Below are positions 1 to 9,529 of a stretch of 64,000 nt of DNA, piece after piece. Numbering within the stretch: the stretch's first letter is position 1; each line of letters opens with the position of its first letter. Source of the stretch: Clostridia bacterium (lineage in GTDB: Bacteria; Bacillota; Clostridia; Christensenellales; QALW01); NCBI GenBank assembly GCA_900769815.1, contig CAAGID010000030.1, forward strand, positions 2,993 through 66,992, given 5' to 3'. Made by a program: the position numbers and the translations under genes. Under the pieces are notes generated by a model. It ran no database searches, had not been told where the DNA came from, and worked only from the letters and a program-made list of their open reading frames with translations.

Positions 1-788
1 TCTAACGATTTCTCATCAACGCGAATGCCCATTGAAGAAATTTCCAAAGCACAATCCATAACTTCATTCCAAAAAAGAATGTCGCCGTTTAACTTCCAAT
101 CGTCATAGTCGGGAGCTCTGCCATCGTGGGGCTTGCCTGATTTAAGGTTATCGCCTATCTGCATTAAAAACACAGTTCCGTATTCCTTGGTAATGGCGTT
201 TTCCCTTTCCTTGCCTGTCATTTCAGGATAAAGGTCCTCAAGCTCCTGCGTGGTTATAAACTTAACGTTACGGTTAATATTAATGTCTACTGTAGGAAAC
301 TCTTTTTTTATCATATCGGCAGTATCGCAGATAGCATCAACGATATCCTGGACAGTCTGTTTTAAATATTCTTCATTTCTATCTTCTCTGGTAATAACCT
401 TTTCCCAATCCCATTGATCAACGTAAATAGAGTGGAAGTTATCTAAATCTTCATCTCTGCGGATAGCATTCATATCAGTATAAAGACCGCAGCCTGCAGA
501 AAATTTATATTCGTGCAGTGCCATTCTTTTCCACTTTGCAAGAGAGTGAACTACCTGCACCATTTCCCCCGTTGCCTTAACGTCGAACTGAACTGCACGT
601 TCAACGCCGTTAAGGTCATCGTTAAGTCCTGTTTCAGGCTGAACAAAAAGAGGTGCCGTTACACGCTTTAAGTTAAGCTTCTGACAGAGTTTTTGTTGAA
701 AGAACTGTCTTAAAATTCCAATAGCAAGCTGTGTCTGATAAATATCAAGTTTTTCAACGTATTTCTCAGGTAAAATAACTCGGTTCAT
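1..788 (-). CDS. asnA: aspartate--ammonia ligase (asparagine synthetase A); C-terminus cut by the window edge
   Basis: Absent from the ORF track because it runs off the left edge. Reverse-complement translation from the ATG at 786-788 gives MNRVILPEKYVEKLDIYQTQLAIGILRQFFQQKLCQKLNLKRVTAPLFVQPETGLNDDLNGVERAVQFDVKATGE..., which is typical of AsnA. Confidence 0.85.
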   Translation of the reverse strand, partial: MNRVILPEKYVEKLDIYQTQLAIGILRQFFQQKLCQKLNLKRVTAPLFVQPETGLNDDLNGVERAVQFDVKATGEMVQVVHSLAKWKRMALHEYKFSAGCGLYTDMNAIRRDEDLDNFHSIYVDQWDWEKVITREDRNEEYLKQTVQDIVDAICDTADMIKKEFPTVDININRNVKFITTQELEDLYPEMTGKERENAITKEYGTVFLMQIGDNLKSGKPHDGRAPDYDDWKLNGDILFWNEVMDCALEISSMGIRVDEKSL

Positions 789-891
789 AAAAATACCTCA
801 ACATCTGTTATATACCTGAAAAGTATATCATTGAACTTAAAAAAAGTCAACGATAAACATTACGCCCACTAAGAATTTTAGACGGTTTTAC

Positions 892-920
892 TTGTTTAAT
901 ACAGAAAATTAGTATATAAT
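892..920 (+). promoter_or_regulatory. sigma-A-type promoter for the 951-3802 operon
   Basis: TTGTTT (892-897), 17-nt spacer, TATAAT (915-920). AAAGGAG lies 9 nt before the GTG start at 951. Confidence 0.45.
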
Positions 921-950
921 ATAAAAAAATAATTAAAGGAGTTATCGGTT

Positions 951-1697
951 GTGGAATTTTCACTTAATCACCCCATACTGTTTGTGCTTGCAGGCATAAT
1001 AATTGCCGCCGTACTTGCACAGTCAGTTTTCTTTCTTATAAAAGCGTGGAAACGCGGTAAGGAAATCGGTATGGCAAAAGAGAAACTCCGTAAAATTGCC
1101 ATTACTGCTGCAATATTTACCATTGCCCCTGCTATTGCAATTATTATTTGTGTTTTTGCATTAGCAAAATCCTTGGGTTTACCTCTGCCCTGGCTGAGAT
1201 TAAGTGTTGTAGGCTCAATGTCCTATGAAACCATTGCCCAAGAAAACGCAATTAACGCTATAAATAAGGTAAACGGCACCGAAATATCAATTATTACAAA
1301 TGCTTCACAGTATGTTACCGTCGTCCTTGTTATGACAATCAGTATTTTAGTTGGCATCTGGCTTGTGCCTGTGCTTGCAAAAAGAATGCAAAAAGGTATG
1401 ACGAACCTTGAAAAGCGTGACAAAAAGTGGGCTGAAATTTTTCAGAATGCAATTTTCCTTGGTATGATTGCCACTTTCGTTGGCTTTATCTTCTGTAATT
1501 TTTCTACTGTTTTTTCAGGGGAAACAAAAGGTCTTATTCCTGTTTTTGTAATGCTTGTTTCCGCAGTCGTTATGTGCTTATCGGGAATTTTAGTTAAGAA
1601 ATTCAAAAACATACATTGGATATCTGATTACGCCTTGCCCTTGAGCCTCATATTAGGTATGGCAAGCGCTATTCCGATATCTGCGTGGTTAGGTTAA
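951..1697 (+). CDS. polytopic membrane protein (DUF5058-like by recollection); first gene of a membrane-membrane-M20 operon
   Basis: 248-aa ORF with GTG start and AAAGGAG RBS. Several hydrophobic helices. The next gene follows after a 13-nt gap. Confidence 0.7.
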   Translation: MEFSLNHPILFVLAGIIIAAVLAQSVFFLIKAWKRGKEIGMAKEKLRKIAITAAIFTIAPAIAIIICVFALAKSLGLPLPWLRLSVVGSMSYETIAQENAINAINKVNGTEISIITNASQYVTVVLVMTISILVGIWLVPVLAKRMQKGMTNLEKRDKKWAEIFQNAIFLGMIATFVGFIFCNFSTVFSGETKGLIPVFVMLVSAVVMCLSGILVKKFKNIHWISDYALPLSLILGMASAIPISAWLG

Positions 1698-1710
1698 GGA
1701 GGTAAATGCT

Positions 1711-2364
1711 ATGAAATATATGGATAAAGTTCATTTGTGGGGTACAATTTGGAATTTAAGCATTATGCTTTTATTTATTCTTTTTCCCGTGCTTATTATG
1801 ATTCTTTTCGGCGTTATGCCTGATTGGAACGCTCTTTTAATGGGTTTAGTTGCAACTGCACCTATGTATTGGGCAGTTGGCGTTATTGAAACCATAACCT
1901 ACATACCTATGCTTGGTGCCGGCGGTTCGTATCTTTCCTTTGTTACGGGAAACATATCTAACTTAAAGCTTCCCTGCGCATTAAACGCTCTTGACCAGGC
2001 AGGCGTTAAGGCAAACTCAGAAGAAGGCGAAGTAGTTTCAACTATCGCTATTGCCGTTTCAAGTATCGTTACAACTCTTATAATTGTTTCAGGCGTTATA
2101 CTTATTATTCCCCTTACGCCTATCCTAAATGCACCGGTGCTTACACCTGCCTTTGACCAGATGATTCCTGCACTGTTTGGCGGTTTAGGCGTTGTATTTA
2201 TCTCAAAAAACTGGAAGATTTCCATTGCACCTATCGTGCTTATGCTTATTCTTTTTATTGCCATCCCCGCTTTAAACGAAGGTACTGTGGGCATTATGGT
2301 GCCTGTAAGTGCAGTATTCTCACTTATCACAAGCCGCATTATGTATAAGAAGGGTTGGTTATAA
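1711..2364 (+). CDS. polytopic membrane protein, uncharacterised
   Basis: 217-aa ORF with GGAGG RBS (aaggaggtaaatgct ATG) and 5-6 predicted TM helices. Tightly packed between the flanking genes. Confidence 0.7.
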   Translation: MKYMDKVHLWGTIWNLSIMLLFILFPVLIMILFGVMPDWNALLMGLVATAPMYWAVGVIETITYIPMLGAGGSYLSFVTGNISNLKLPCALNALDQAGVKANSEEGEVVSTIAIAVSSIVTTLIIVSGVILIIPLTPILNAPVLTPAFDQMIPALFGGLGVVFISKNWKISIAPIVLMLILFIAIPALNEGTVGIMVPVSAVFSLITSRIMYKKGWL

Positions 2365-2365
2365 T

Positions 2366-3802
2366 ATGTTTATCCTATATATTATTCTTGCCTTGCTTTC
2401 TATATTGCTTTCAGTTCTTTTTATACGCACACTTCTTTTTAAGCCAAAGGATACTTTAAAAGCAAGCAATGAGGACGTTTCCTTTGATAAGGAAAAAGCA
2501 ATCTCAGCTCTGCAACAGCTTATCAAATGTAAAACTGTATCATATTATGATTCTTCTCTTGAAGACGATATAGAATTTGAAAAGCTTATTTCACTTTTAC
2601 CGCAGTTATACCCTGCAGTTTTTAAGACCTGCTCATTTTTAAAGCTTGAAGACCGAGCCTTATTATTCTGTTTTAAAGGCAAAAGCAGTAAAAATCCTGC
2701 CGTTATGATGGCTCACTATGACGTTGTACCAGTTAATGAGGTGTTTTGGGAAAAGCCTCCTTTTGAGGCTATAATCGAAGATAACGTTATGTGGGGGCGT
2801 GGTGCACTTGATACAAAAGTTACCTTCAATGCAATTTTATCTTCGGCAGAAGCACTTATAAACAATAATTTCGTTCCTGAAAATGACATATATTTTGCCT
2901 TTTCTGGCGGCGAAGAAATAAACGGCAAGGGTGCTGAAAATATTGTTAAGTGGTTTAAGGATAATGATATTACCCCTGCTCTTGTTGTTGATGAAGGCGG
3001 TGCAGTTGTTGAAAACGTCTTTCCCGGTGTAAAAGAACCCTGCGGACTTATAGGCATTGCTGAAAAAGGAATGATGAATCTTACCTTTAAGACTAAATCA
3101 TCAGGAGGACACGCTTCCGCACCTAAGCCACACACTCCCATCGGTGTCTTAGCAAAAGCCGTAAAAAAAGTTGAAGATACTCCCTTTAAGATGCACCTTA
3201 CAACTCCTGCAAAGGAGATGTTTAACGTTCTTGGCAGACATTCTAACTTCCTTTACCGAATGATTTTTGCAAATATGTGGCTTTTTAAGGGCGTTATAGA
3301 TATGCTTGCAAAAACTTCGGGCGGAGAAATGAATGCACTTTTAAGGACGACGGTTGCATTCACTCAGGCTGAAGGAAGTTCTGCACCCAACGTTATTCCT
3401 CCTGAAGCATCAGTTACGGCAAATATGCGTCTCAATCCCGAAGATTCAGTTGAAGGTGCAATTAACCGTATTAAAACCGTTATTAAAGATGATTCTATTG
3501 AGCTTATTTTAGGTAGTCATATGGAGCCAAGTCCCATTTCCGAGGTTTACTGTGACGCCTATTATAAGGTTGCACAAGCCGTTAAGGATACGTGGAAGGA
3601 TGCAATAGTTGCTCCCTATCTTATGGTTCAATGTTCAGATTCACGCCATTATAAGGATATTTCAAATCACGTATATAAATTCTCGGCAATGGCTCTTACA
3701 AAGGAAGAACGAGCCTCTATACACGGCAACAACGAAAAAATCCGTTTAGAAGCAATTACCCAAGCCGTTGAATTTTATATAAGACTTCTTAAGTTATGTT
3801 AA
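2366..3802 (+). CDS. M20/M25/M40 family metallopeptidase with an N-terminal membrane anchor
   Basis: ORF 2309-3802. I prefer the ATG at 2366, immediately after the upstream stop (MFILYIILALLSILL... is a TM helix). M20-like motifs: MAHYDVVP, GRGALDTK, SGGEEINGKG, VVDEGG. Confidence 0.85.
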   Translation: MFILYIILALLSILLSVLFIRTLLFKPKDTLKASNEDVSFDKEKAISALQQLIKCKTVSYYDSSLEDDIEFEKLISLLPQLYPAVFKTCSFLKLEDRALLFCFKGKSSKNPAVMMAHYDVVPVNEVFWEKPPFEAIIEDNVMWGRGALDTKVTFNAILSSAEALINNNFVPENDIYFAFSGGEEINGKGAENIVKWFKDNDITPALVVDEGGAVVENVFPGVKEPCGLIGIAEKGMMNLTFKTKSSGGHASAPKPHTPIGVLAKAVKKVEDTPFKMHLTTPAKEMFNVLGRHSNFLYRMIFANMWLFKGVIDMLAKTSGGEMNALLRTTVAFTQAEGSSAPNVIPPEASVTANMRLNPEDSVEGAINRIKTVIKDDSIELILGSHMEPSPISEVYCDAYYKVAQAVKDTWKDAIVAPYLMVQCSDSRHYKDISNHVYKFSAMALTKEERASIHGNNEKIRLEAITQAVEFYIRLLKLC

Positions 3803-3804
3803 AA

Positions 3805-3830
3805 AAGGTCGCTGACTTCTCAGCGACCTT
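3805..3830. terminator. bidirectional intrinsic terminator between convergent genes
   Basis: AAGGTCGCTGA-cttc-TCAGCGACCTT, an 11-bp perfect stem with an A-run before and a T-rich tract after. Confidence 0.7.
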
Positions 3831-3834
3831 AATT

Positions 3835-5130
3835 TTATTTTTCCTTATTCTGTGCTTCGTTAAGCTTATGCTGACGGCGATTCTTAACGTGGTCAGGCAT
3901 AGGAGCAATTTCTCCTGCGGCAGAAAGTGCCTGACGCGTAAGGAGCGGGCCTACAAGCTCATAAATAAGCACCGCAAAAAGAGTTATATTGCGGATAAGG
4001 TTGCCCTGTTCCCCTAATGCCATTGCAGTTGCACACATCCCTAAAGCAACGCCTGCCTGAGGTAATAAAGTGATACCTAAATACTTGCAAATCTGAGGCT
4101 GGCACTTTGCTGCTTTGGCGCTTACAAAAGAGCCAAAATATTTACCTAATGACCTGAAGATTATATATACAATACCGATAACAACGATTGCCCAATCGGT
4201 AAATACGTTTAACTCAAGCTCAGCACCGCTTATAACGAAGAATAACGCAAATATAGGCGATGTCCATTTATCGGTTGCACCCATAAGGTCGTGTGACAAG
4301 GGACAGATGTTACAGAATACCGTACCCAGCATCATACAAACGAGAAGTGATGAAAACTGAATATGCACCGGACCCACTGAAAAATTTATCATAGAAAGTG
4401 ATGCAGTTATAAGTACAATACCTATAGTAAGATTAAGGCGGTTTGTGTTTGAATTGAACAGCTTTTCAAGCTGAGTAAGAACCCAACCCATTATTGCACC
4501 TAAAACAAGGGATAATGAAATCTCAATAAGTGGGTTTACAAGTATTGAGAATAAGTCTATCTGTCCTGAAACAAGAGTCTTTGCGATACCAAAGGAAACT
4601 GCAAACACAACAAGACCTACAGCATCGTCAAGAGCAACGATAGGTAACAAAAGCTTCGTTAAAGGTCCCTTTGCCTTATACTGTCTTACAACCATAAGAG
4701 TTGCGGCAGGTGCGGTAGCCGTTGCGATAGCACCTAAGGTAATAAGCTGAGGTACCGTTAACTTATCAGGCATCAGGAAATGCACCCCTAAAAGTGCAAG
4801 GTCAACTAAAACAGTTGCCGCAACAGCCTGAACGATACCGATAACAAGTGCCTGCTTACCCGTCTTTTTTAAATCGTCAAGTCTGAATTCGTTGCCGATT
4901 GAGAAGGCAATAAAACCTAACGCAACGTCAGAAACAAGTCTGAGACTTTCAAGAAAATCATGGGTATCAAAGCCTACGCCGTGAACACCTATTCTGCCAA
5001 GGCAGTAAGGGCCTACAAGAACACCTGCAATTAAATATGCAGTAACTGACGGCAATTTTAAGGGCTTAAAAAGTCTTGTCATTAAAAGACCTGCCAAAAG
5101 CGCAATTGAAACAACTAAAAGTGTGCTCAT
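3835..5130 (-). CDS. cation:proton antiporter (CPA family, Kef/NhaP-like)
   Basis: ORF 3835-5190. The likely start is the ATG at 5130 (MSTLLVVSIALLAGLLMTRLF...LPSVTAYLIAGVLVGP), preceded by GAAGG. About 12 TM helices. Confidence 0.85.
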   Translation of the reverse strand: MSTLLVVSIALLAGLLMTRLFKPLKLPSVTAYLIAGVLVGPYCLGRIGVHGVGFDTHDFLESLRLVSDVALGFIAFSIGNEFRLDDLKKTGKQALVIGIVQAVAATVLVDLALLGVHFLMPDKLTVPQLITLGAIATATAPAATLMVVRQYKAKGPLTKLLLPIVALDDAVGLVVFAVSFGIAKTLVSGQIDLFSILVNPLIEISLSLVLGAIMGWVLTQLEKLFNSNTNRLNLTIGIVLITASLSMINFSVGPVHIQFSSLLVCMMLGTVFCNICPLSHDLMGATDKWTSPIFALFFVISGAELELNVFTDWAIVVIGIVYIIFRSLGKYFGSFVSAKAAKCQPQICKYLGITLLPQAGVALGMCATAMALGEQGNLIRNITLFAVLIYELVGPLLTRQALSAAGEIAPMPDHVKNRRQHKLNEAQNKEK

Positions 5131-5160
5131 AAAAACCTTCTTCTCTCTGTAAAAACATTT

Positions 5161-5187
5161 AAAAAAGCGGCAAAATACCGCTTTTTT
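5161..5187. terminator. intrinsic terminator hairpin in the ddh-antiporter intergenic region
   Basis: AAAAAAGCGG-caaaata-CCGCTTTTTT, symmetric with an A-run and a T-run. Only about 30 nt lie between it and the antiporter start codon. Confidence 0.6.
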
Positions 5188-5198
5188 CAACAGGTGTG

Positions 5199-5227
5199 AT
5201 TATATCACTATTCTATTTTTTTAGCAA
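5199..5227 (-). promoter_or_regulatory. sigma-A-type promoter upstream of the 5161-5187 hairpin
   Basis: Minus strand: TTGCTA (5222-5227), 17-nt spacer, TATAAT (5199-5204). The -10 sits in the palindrome GTGATATAATCAC. Confidence 0.4.
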
Positions 5228-5248
5228 CTGCTTTTTTAATAAATTTTA

Positions 5249-6229
5249 TTAAAGCAGTCTCTTTCTTAAATCTTCATCAGTTTCCTTGGAAAGATACTTG
5301 GGTGCAACGTCAAAAACAGTTTTGCAGCCTTTCATACCTTCAAGCTTCATTTTATAAACTGCCCTTGCGTAAGCAACGATTACCGAAGAGGTAAACTCCG
5401 GGTTTGAATCAAGATTGAGTTTATATTCAACAACGTGGGTATTTTCCTTATTAAGCCCCGTATTACCTGAACGGATAACGTTACCGCCGTGAGGAATGCC
5501 TGAATGGTCACGCTTTAATTCATCCATTGAAATAAAGTGAACAATTGTATCATAATCAGCAAAATAATTGGGCATTGTAACGATTTCATTTTCAATACGC
5601 TTTAAGTCAGCACCGTCTTCAGCTACAACAAAGCACTCTCTTATGTGCTTTTCTCTTGTGGTTAATTTGGGATTTTCGCCCTTACGTACCCTTTCAAGAG
5701 CGCTTTCAACGGGAATAGTATACTGTCTTGCATCTTTTACGCCGTTGATTCTTCTTATGGCATCTGAATGACCTTGTGAAACGCCTTTACCCCAGAAGGT
5801 ATAGGTTTCGCCCTCAGGCAAGATACACTCAGCATAAAGACGGTTTAATGAGAACATACCTGGGTCCCAACCGCAGGAAATCATTGCAACATTTTTGCCT
5901 TGTTTTGCACTGTCATCAACATTTTTAAAATGCTCAGGAATTTTTGCATGAGTATCAAAACTGTCGATAACACAAAAATTCTTGGCAAGTTCAGGTGTCT
6001 GCACGGGAAGATCTGTTGCACTTCCGCCACAGAGAATCAAAACGTCAATATTATCTTTATGATTGAGAATATCATCTATTTTATATGCAGGTACTCCTGT
6101 TAAAGTTTTAAGGTCTGAGGGGTCACGTCTTGAAAAAACTCCGTAAAGAGTCATATCGTCGTTCTGCTTTATAGCACATTCAACGCCCTTACCTAAATTA
6201 CCGTAGCCTACTATTCCGATTCGTATCAC
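5249..6229 (-). CDS. ddh: meso-diaminopimelate D-dehydrogenase
   Basis: ORF 5249-6247. Collinear with known Ddh: IRIGIVGYGNLGKGVE...GSATD...GWDPGMFS...FWGKGVSQGHSDA...PHGG. I prefer the GTG at 6229, 6 nt after GAAGGA. Confidence 0.9.
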   Translation of the reverse strand: MIRIGIVGYGNLGKGVECAIKQNDDMTLYGVFSRRDPSDLKTLTGVPAYKIDDILNHKDNIDVLILCGGSATDLPVQTPELAKNFCVIDSFDTHAKIPEHFKNVDDSAKQGKNVAMISCGWDPGMFSLNRLYAECILPEGETYTFWGKGVSQGHSDAIRRINGVKDARQYTIPVESALERVRKGENPKLTTREKHIRECFVVAEDGADLKRIENEIVTMPNYFADYDTIVHFISMDELKRDHSGIPHGGNVIRSGNTGLNKENTHVVEYKLNLDSNPEFTSSVIVAYARAVYKMKLEGMKGCKTVFDVAPKYLSKETDEDLRKRLL

Positions 6230-6262
6230 TAAAAATCCTTCTTTCAAATAAGATATGAAAAT

Positions 6263-6291
6263 ATTATACTTAAAATATTTTAATCAGTCAA
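6263..6291 (-). promoter_or_regulatory. sigma-A-type promoter for ddh
   Basis: Minus strand: TTGACT (6286-6291), 17-nt spacer, TATAAT (6263-6268). Confidence 0.5.
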
Positions 6292-6299
6292 AATATTTT

Positions 6300-7571
6300 T
6301 TACTTTTGAGTAAACTTTTTAATTAAAAGAAGCACGATATGCAAGATAATGCCTGCAACGATAGCAACAACGAGGTCAAATACAACCGTTAAAATAAAGG
6401 TTACCATAAGCACAAGAATGTTTGAAAAGTCTTTCAATTTGAATATTTCAACGAACTTCTTCCATTCACTCATATTATAGGCAACCATAAAGAGTATTGC
6501 TGCGATGGTTGGCATAGGTATAAGCTTCGCATAAGGCATAAGGAACAATATAACAAGCAATAAAATTATTGCGTGCACCATTCCTGCTATGGGAGTCCTT
6601 CCCCCGTTTTTAGCGTTTGCTGATGTTCTTGCAATGGCACCTGTTGCAGGAATACCGCCAAATAAAACTGAGCCGATATTACCAAAACCTTGGGCAACAA
6701 GTTCCATATTGGGATTATGCTTAGCATTTACCATACCATCGGCAACAACGCAGGATAAAAGAGATTCAACTGCGGCAAGAATTGCAATGGTTATTGCATC
6801 GGGAAGTACGGTAAGCGTTTTTGAAAAATCAATACCTGCAAAGTTTACTTGAGGCAGCCCTGCGGGAATATTATTATAAAGCTCGCCTATAGTATAAACA
6901 CCTTCATTTACTTCAGGTATAAGGTTAACAATCAATGCACTTACGATAACTGCAATCAAAGAAGGTGGAAGCTTCTTTTCAAACTTAGGATAAACAATAA
7001 GTATCAAAAGACTGATAGCACCTATAAGAAGGGCCCAAAAACTCATTGTAGAAATGTTTTCAATATTAGCACTTACCTTTTCAAAGGTTTCAATGGGCTT
7101 CTCGCCATTTATATAGGTAATGCCTAAAAAGTCCTTGACCTGACCTAAAAGAATAGTTACTGCAATACCGCCTGTAAAGCCTACAGTTATGGTATGAGGC
7201 ATATATTTTATAAATGAGCCCAGCTTAAATACGCCCATCAAAATAAGTAATATACCTGCAATAACGGTGGCAATAAAAAGTCCGTCCATTCCATTAGCTG
7301 CAACAACGCCTGCAACAATTGTGGCAAATGCTGCCGTAGGACCTGCTATCTGAATTTTGCTTCCGCCTAAAAGTGAAACGATAAAGCCCGCTGCGATGGC
7401 AGTGTATATACCGCACTGTGGATCAACGCCTGATGCAAGGGCAAGTGCGATAGATAATGGTAAAGCAATTATAGCAACGATTATACCGGCAATAACATCG
7501 TTAAAAAACTGCTTTTTCGAATACTTTTTAAGCGATAAAAACAATTCGGGTGTTAAATAAAAATTCTTCAT
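6300..7571 (-). CDS. SulP-family inorganic anion transporter (no C-terminal STAS domain visible)
   Basis: ORF 6300-7595. The ATG at 7571 follows GGAGGG. MKNFYLTPELFLSLKKYSKKQFFNDVIAGIIVAIIALPLSIALALASGV is a classic SulP N-terminus. The protein ends right after the last TM helix. Confidence 0.85.
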   Translation of the reverse strand: MKNFYLTPELFLSLKKYSKKQFFNDVIAGIIVAIIALPLSIALALASGVDPQCGIYTAIAAGFIVSLLGGSKIQIAGPTAAFATIVAGVVAANGMDGLFIATVIAGILLILMGVFKLGSFIKYMPHTITVGFTGGIAVTILLGQVKDFLGITYINGEKPIETFEKVSANIENISTMSFWALLIGAISLLILIVYPKFEKKLPPSLIAVIVSALIVNLIPEVNEGVYTIGELYNNIPAGLPQVNFAGIDFSKTLTVLPDAITIAILAAVESLLSCVVADGMVNAKHNPNMELVAQGFGNIGSVLFGGIPATGAIARTSANAKNGGRTPIAGMVHAIILLLVILFLMPYAKLIPMPTIAAILFMVAYNMSEWKKFVEIFKLKDFSNILVLMVTFILTVVFDLVVAIVAGIILHIVLLLIKKFTQK

Positions 7572-7648
7572 ATTTTTCCCTCCATTTATAACCATATAAT
7601 TATACCACTACTGAAAATGATGTCAAGAAAAAAAAGACTCTCAGTTGT

Positions 7649-9529
7649 TTATAACTGTGAGCTCTTATATTCTTCTAAAACTAAGTAATGATTTTCAGCA
7701 TCTTTTACAATATCTTCCCAACATATAAGTTTGTTATCATCCTTTATAATAATGTTATATTCCGTTTCCTTGCTAAAGCCTGAGGCTCTTACGCCACAAA
7801 TGTTCATATGTGCATTTATTGCTTCATATAAGGGTTTTGGACTTATTTTGTGCCCTATGCCTGAATTGGATATATGCACTACTGTTTTACCGCCGTTTAT
7901 TGTTCTAACCGCTGTGCCGGGACCTTCGGTACGAAGCCCGTCAAACAAAATATCAGAGCCGTCGTTTAATACTGCAAGGTCGGCCCTTTCAACGTTGACA
8001 CCACGACCAATAACCGTCTGATTATGAAATTCAAGAGGAATATTTTTGCAATAGATAGGTTGTAAATCTCCTCTTTGTAAGATTATGTTTTCGCAATAAG
8101 TACCCGTCGTCATAAAAACGTTATCAAGGTAAATTTTGCTTCCGCCAACGGTGTTAACATACATACATGCCATTGTTGTCTGTAAATCGCTTAAAACAAC
8201 ATCACGAACACAAGTTTGTTTCAAAAGATGCATATATCCGTAAAACTGTTCCTGTGTATAAAGATTTTCAACAAAAAGAATATCTTTAGAATCTTTATTT
8301 ATTTCAAAGGCACAGTCAATATCCCCTGAAATAATTTTTTCGCCTGCAGCCAGTTGGCAGAAGTTGAAATCAATATACTTTACCCTTTCAGGCACGAAAA
8401 CTTTATTTGTCATTAAATACAAACCTTCGCCAAATAAAACGATGGATTTACCGCTGTTAAAGGCTTTTTGTATCGCTTCTGTACAATCAGTAATACCGTC
8501 GCCCTTTGCACCAAAATCGTCTACAAAAGCATAGTTATCTTCTGTAAATTCAATATTATTTTGGGGAAATTCATATTTTGTTTTATCAGTATAAACGATA
8601 TTATTATTTAATTCGCCGTAAGTAACTGTATCATCAAAATAACATCTGCCCTTTTTCTCGCCATCGATGAATTCAACCGTTTTTAAATCGCCCGATATAA
8701 TATTTCGTGCAGTTAAAGGAGAATTTCCTGTTAATATACCAGCTTTTCTGTTTTGAGATACGTCGATATTATTCATAGTAACTAAGTTAGCATACTGTAT
8801 ATCAAAGCCGTAATCAAAGCCTGAAACAATAATATCAATAAGATTTACTTCTGAGCCGAAAACAGTATAAACACCTGCCGTACCGTTTTCGCCGATAATA
8901 TTTACGTTTTCCACTCTGCCTATATTTGAGGAAAGGTATTTTAAGCCTACACCGCCGTTATTGCCCATTAAAAGAGTAATATCCTCAAGCATATTCATCT
9001 GTCCCGTGTTTGTAACTTCTTCATTACGGGGTTTAGTGTTATTATTAAAGGATATTAAAGGTTTAAGGCTTCCTTTTGTAAAGCCCTCTGCATCATCTTT
9101 TAATTTTATAAACGTATTTTCCTTGCTTTCACCGAGAATATGAATATTACGGCTCAAGTCATACCTATCGCCATACTGATAATACTTATTTATTAAGTCT
9201 GTAAGAGTATATGTAACCGTATCACTTACAAGATAGGTGCCTTGAGGGAAATAAATTATTTTCGTAAAAGGCTCAAATTCAGGCATAGTAATATTTAGTA
9301 CGCCGTTTTCAACTCTTCCGCTCTCAAAGCCTACAAAAGTATCTTTCTTTAAATTATTGCTTAATAAAAGCATTTTTTCCTTAAATTTTTCCGTTGCTTC
9401 AATATGGCGGACAAGAACGTCATCAAGCACTTTTCTTAATACTTCCGTACAATCAATTTTGCCTGTATTATCTGCATTATAAGGCGATTTTGTTACGTCG
9501 ATTAATACTGAATTGTTTGGGTATTTCAT
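7649..9529 (-). CDS. pectate-lyase-superfamily / GH55-like double beta-helix protein
   Basis: ORF 7649-9562. The ATG at 9529 follows AAAGGAGAAG and overlaps the upstream stop (ATGA). Two copies of the N-cap motif (YNADNTGKIDCTEVLRKVL and FGAKGDGITDCTEAIQKAF) are typical of Pectate_lyase_3/GH55 folds. Confidence 0.65.
   Translation of the reverse strand: MKYPNNSVLIDVTKSPYNADNTGKIDCTEVLRKVLDDVLVRHIEATEKFKEKMLLLSNNLKKDTFVGFESGRVENGVLNITMPEFEPFTKIIYFPQGTYLVSDTVTYTLTDLINKYYQYGDRYDLSRNIHILGESKENTFIKLKDDAEGFTKGSLKPLISFNNNTKPRNEEVTNTGQMNMLEDITLLMGNNGGVGLKYLSSNIGRVENVNIIGENGTAGVYTVFGSEVNLIDIIVSGFDYGFDIQYANLVTMNNIDVSQNRKAGILTGNSPLTARNIISGDLKTVEFIDGEKKGRCYFDDTVTYGELNNNIVYTDKTKYEFPQNNIEFTEDNYAFVDDFGAKGDGITDCTEAIQKAFNSGKSIVLFGEGLYLMTNKVFVPERVKYIDFNFCQLAAGEKIISGDIDCAFEINKDSKDILFVENLYTQEQFYGYMHLLKQTCVRDVVLSDLQTTMACMYVNTVGGSKIYLDNVFMTTGTYCENIILQRGDLQPIYCKNIPLEFHNQTVIGRGVNVERADLAVLNDGSDILFDGLRTEGPGTAVRTINGGKTVVHISNSGIGHKISPKPLYEAINAHMNICGVRASGFSKETEYNIIIKDDNKLICWEDIVKDAENHYLVLEEYKSSQL

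Noticed and set aside
2309-2365. Upstream start of the M20 peptidase ORF at 2309
   Set aside because: It would overlap the preceding membrane-protein gene by 56 nt and add a non-hydrophobic 19-aa extension before the TM anchor. The ATG at 2366 immediately follows the upstream stop.
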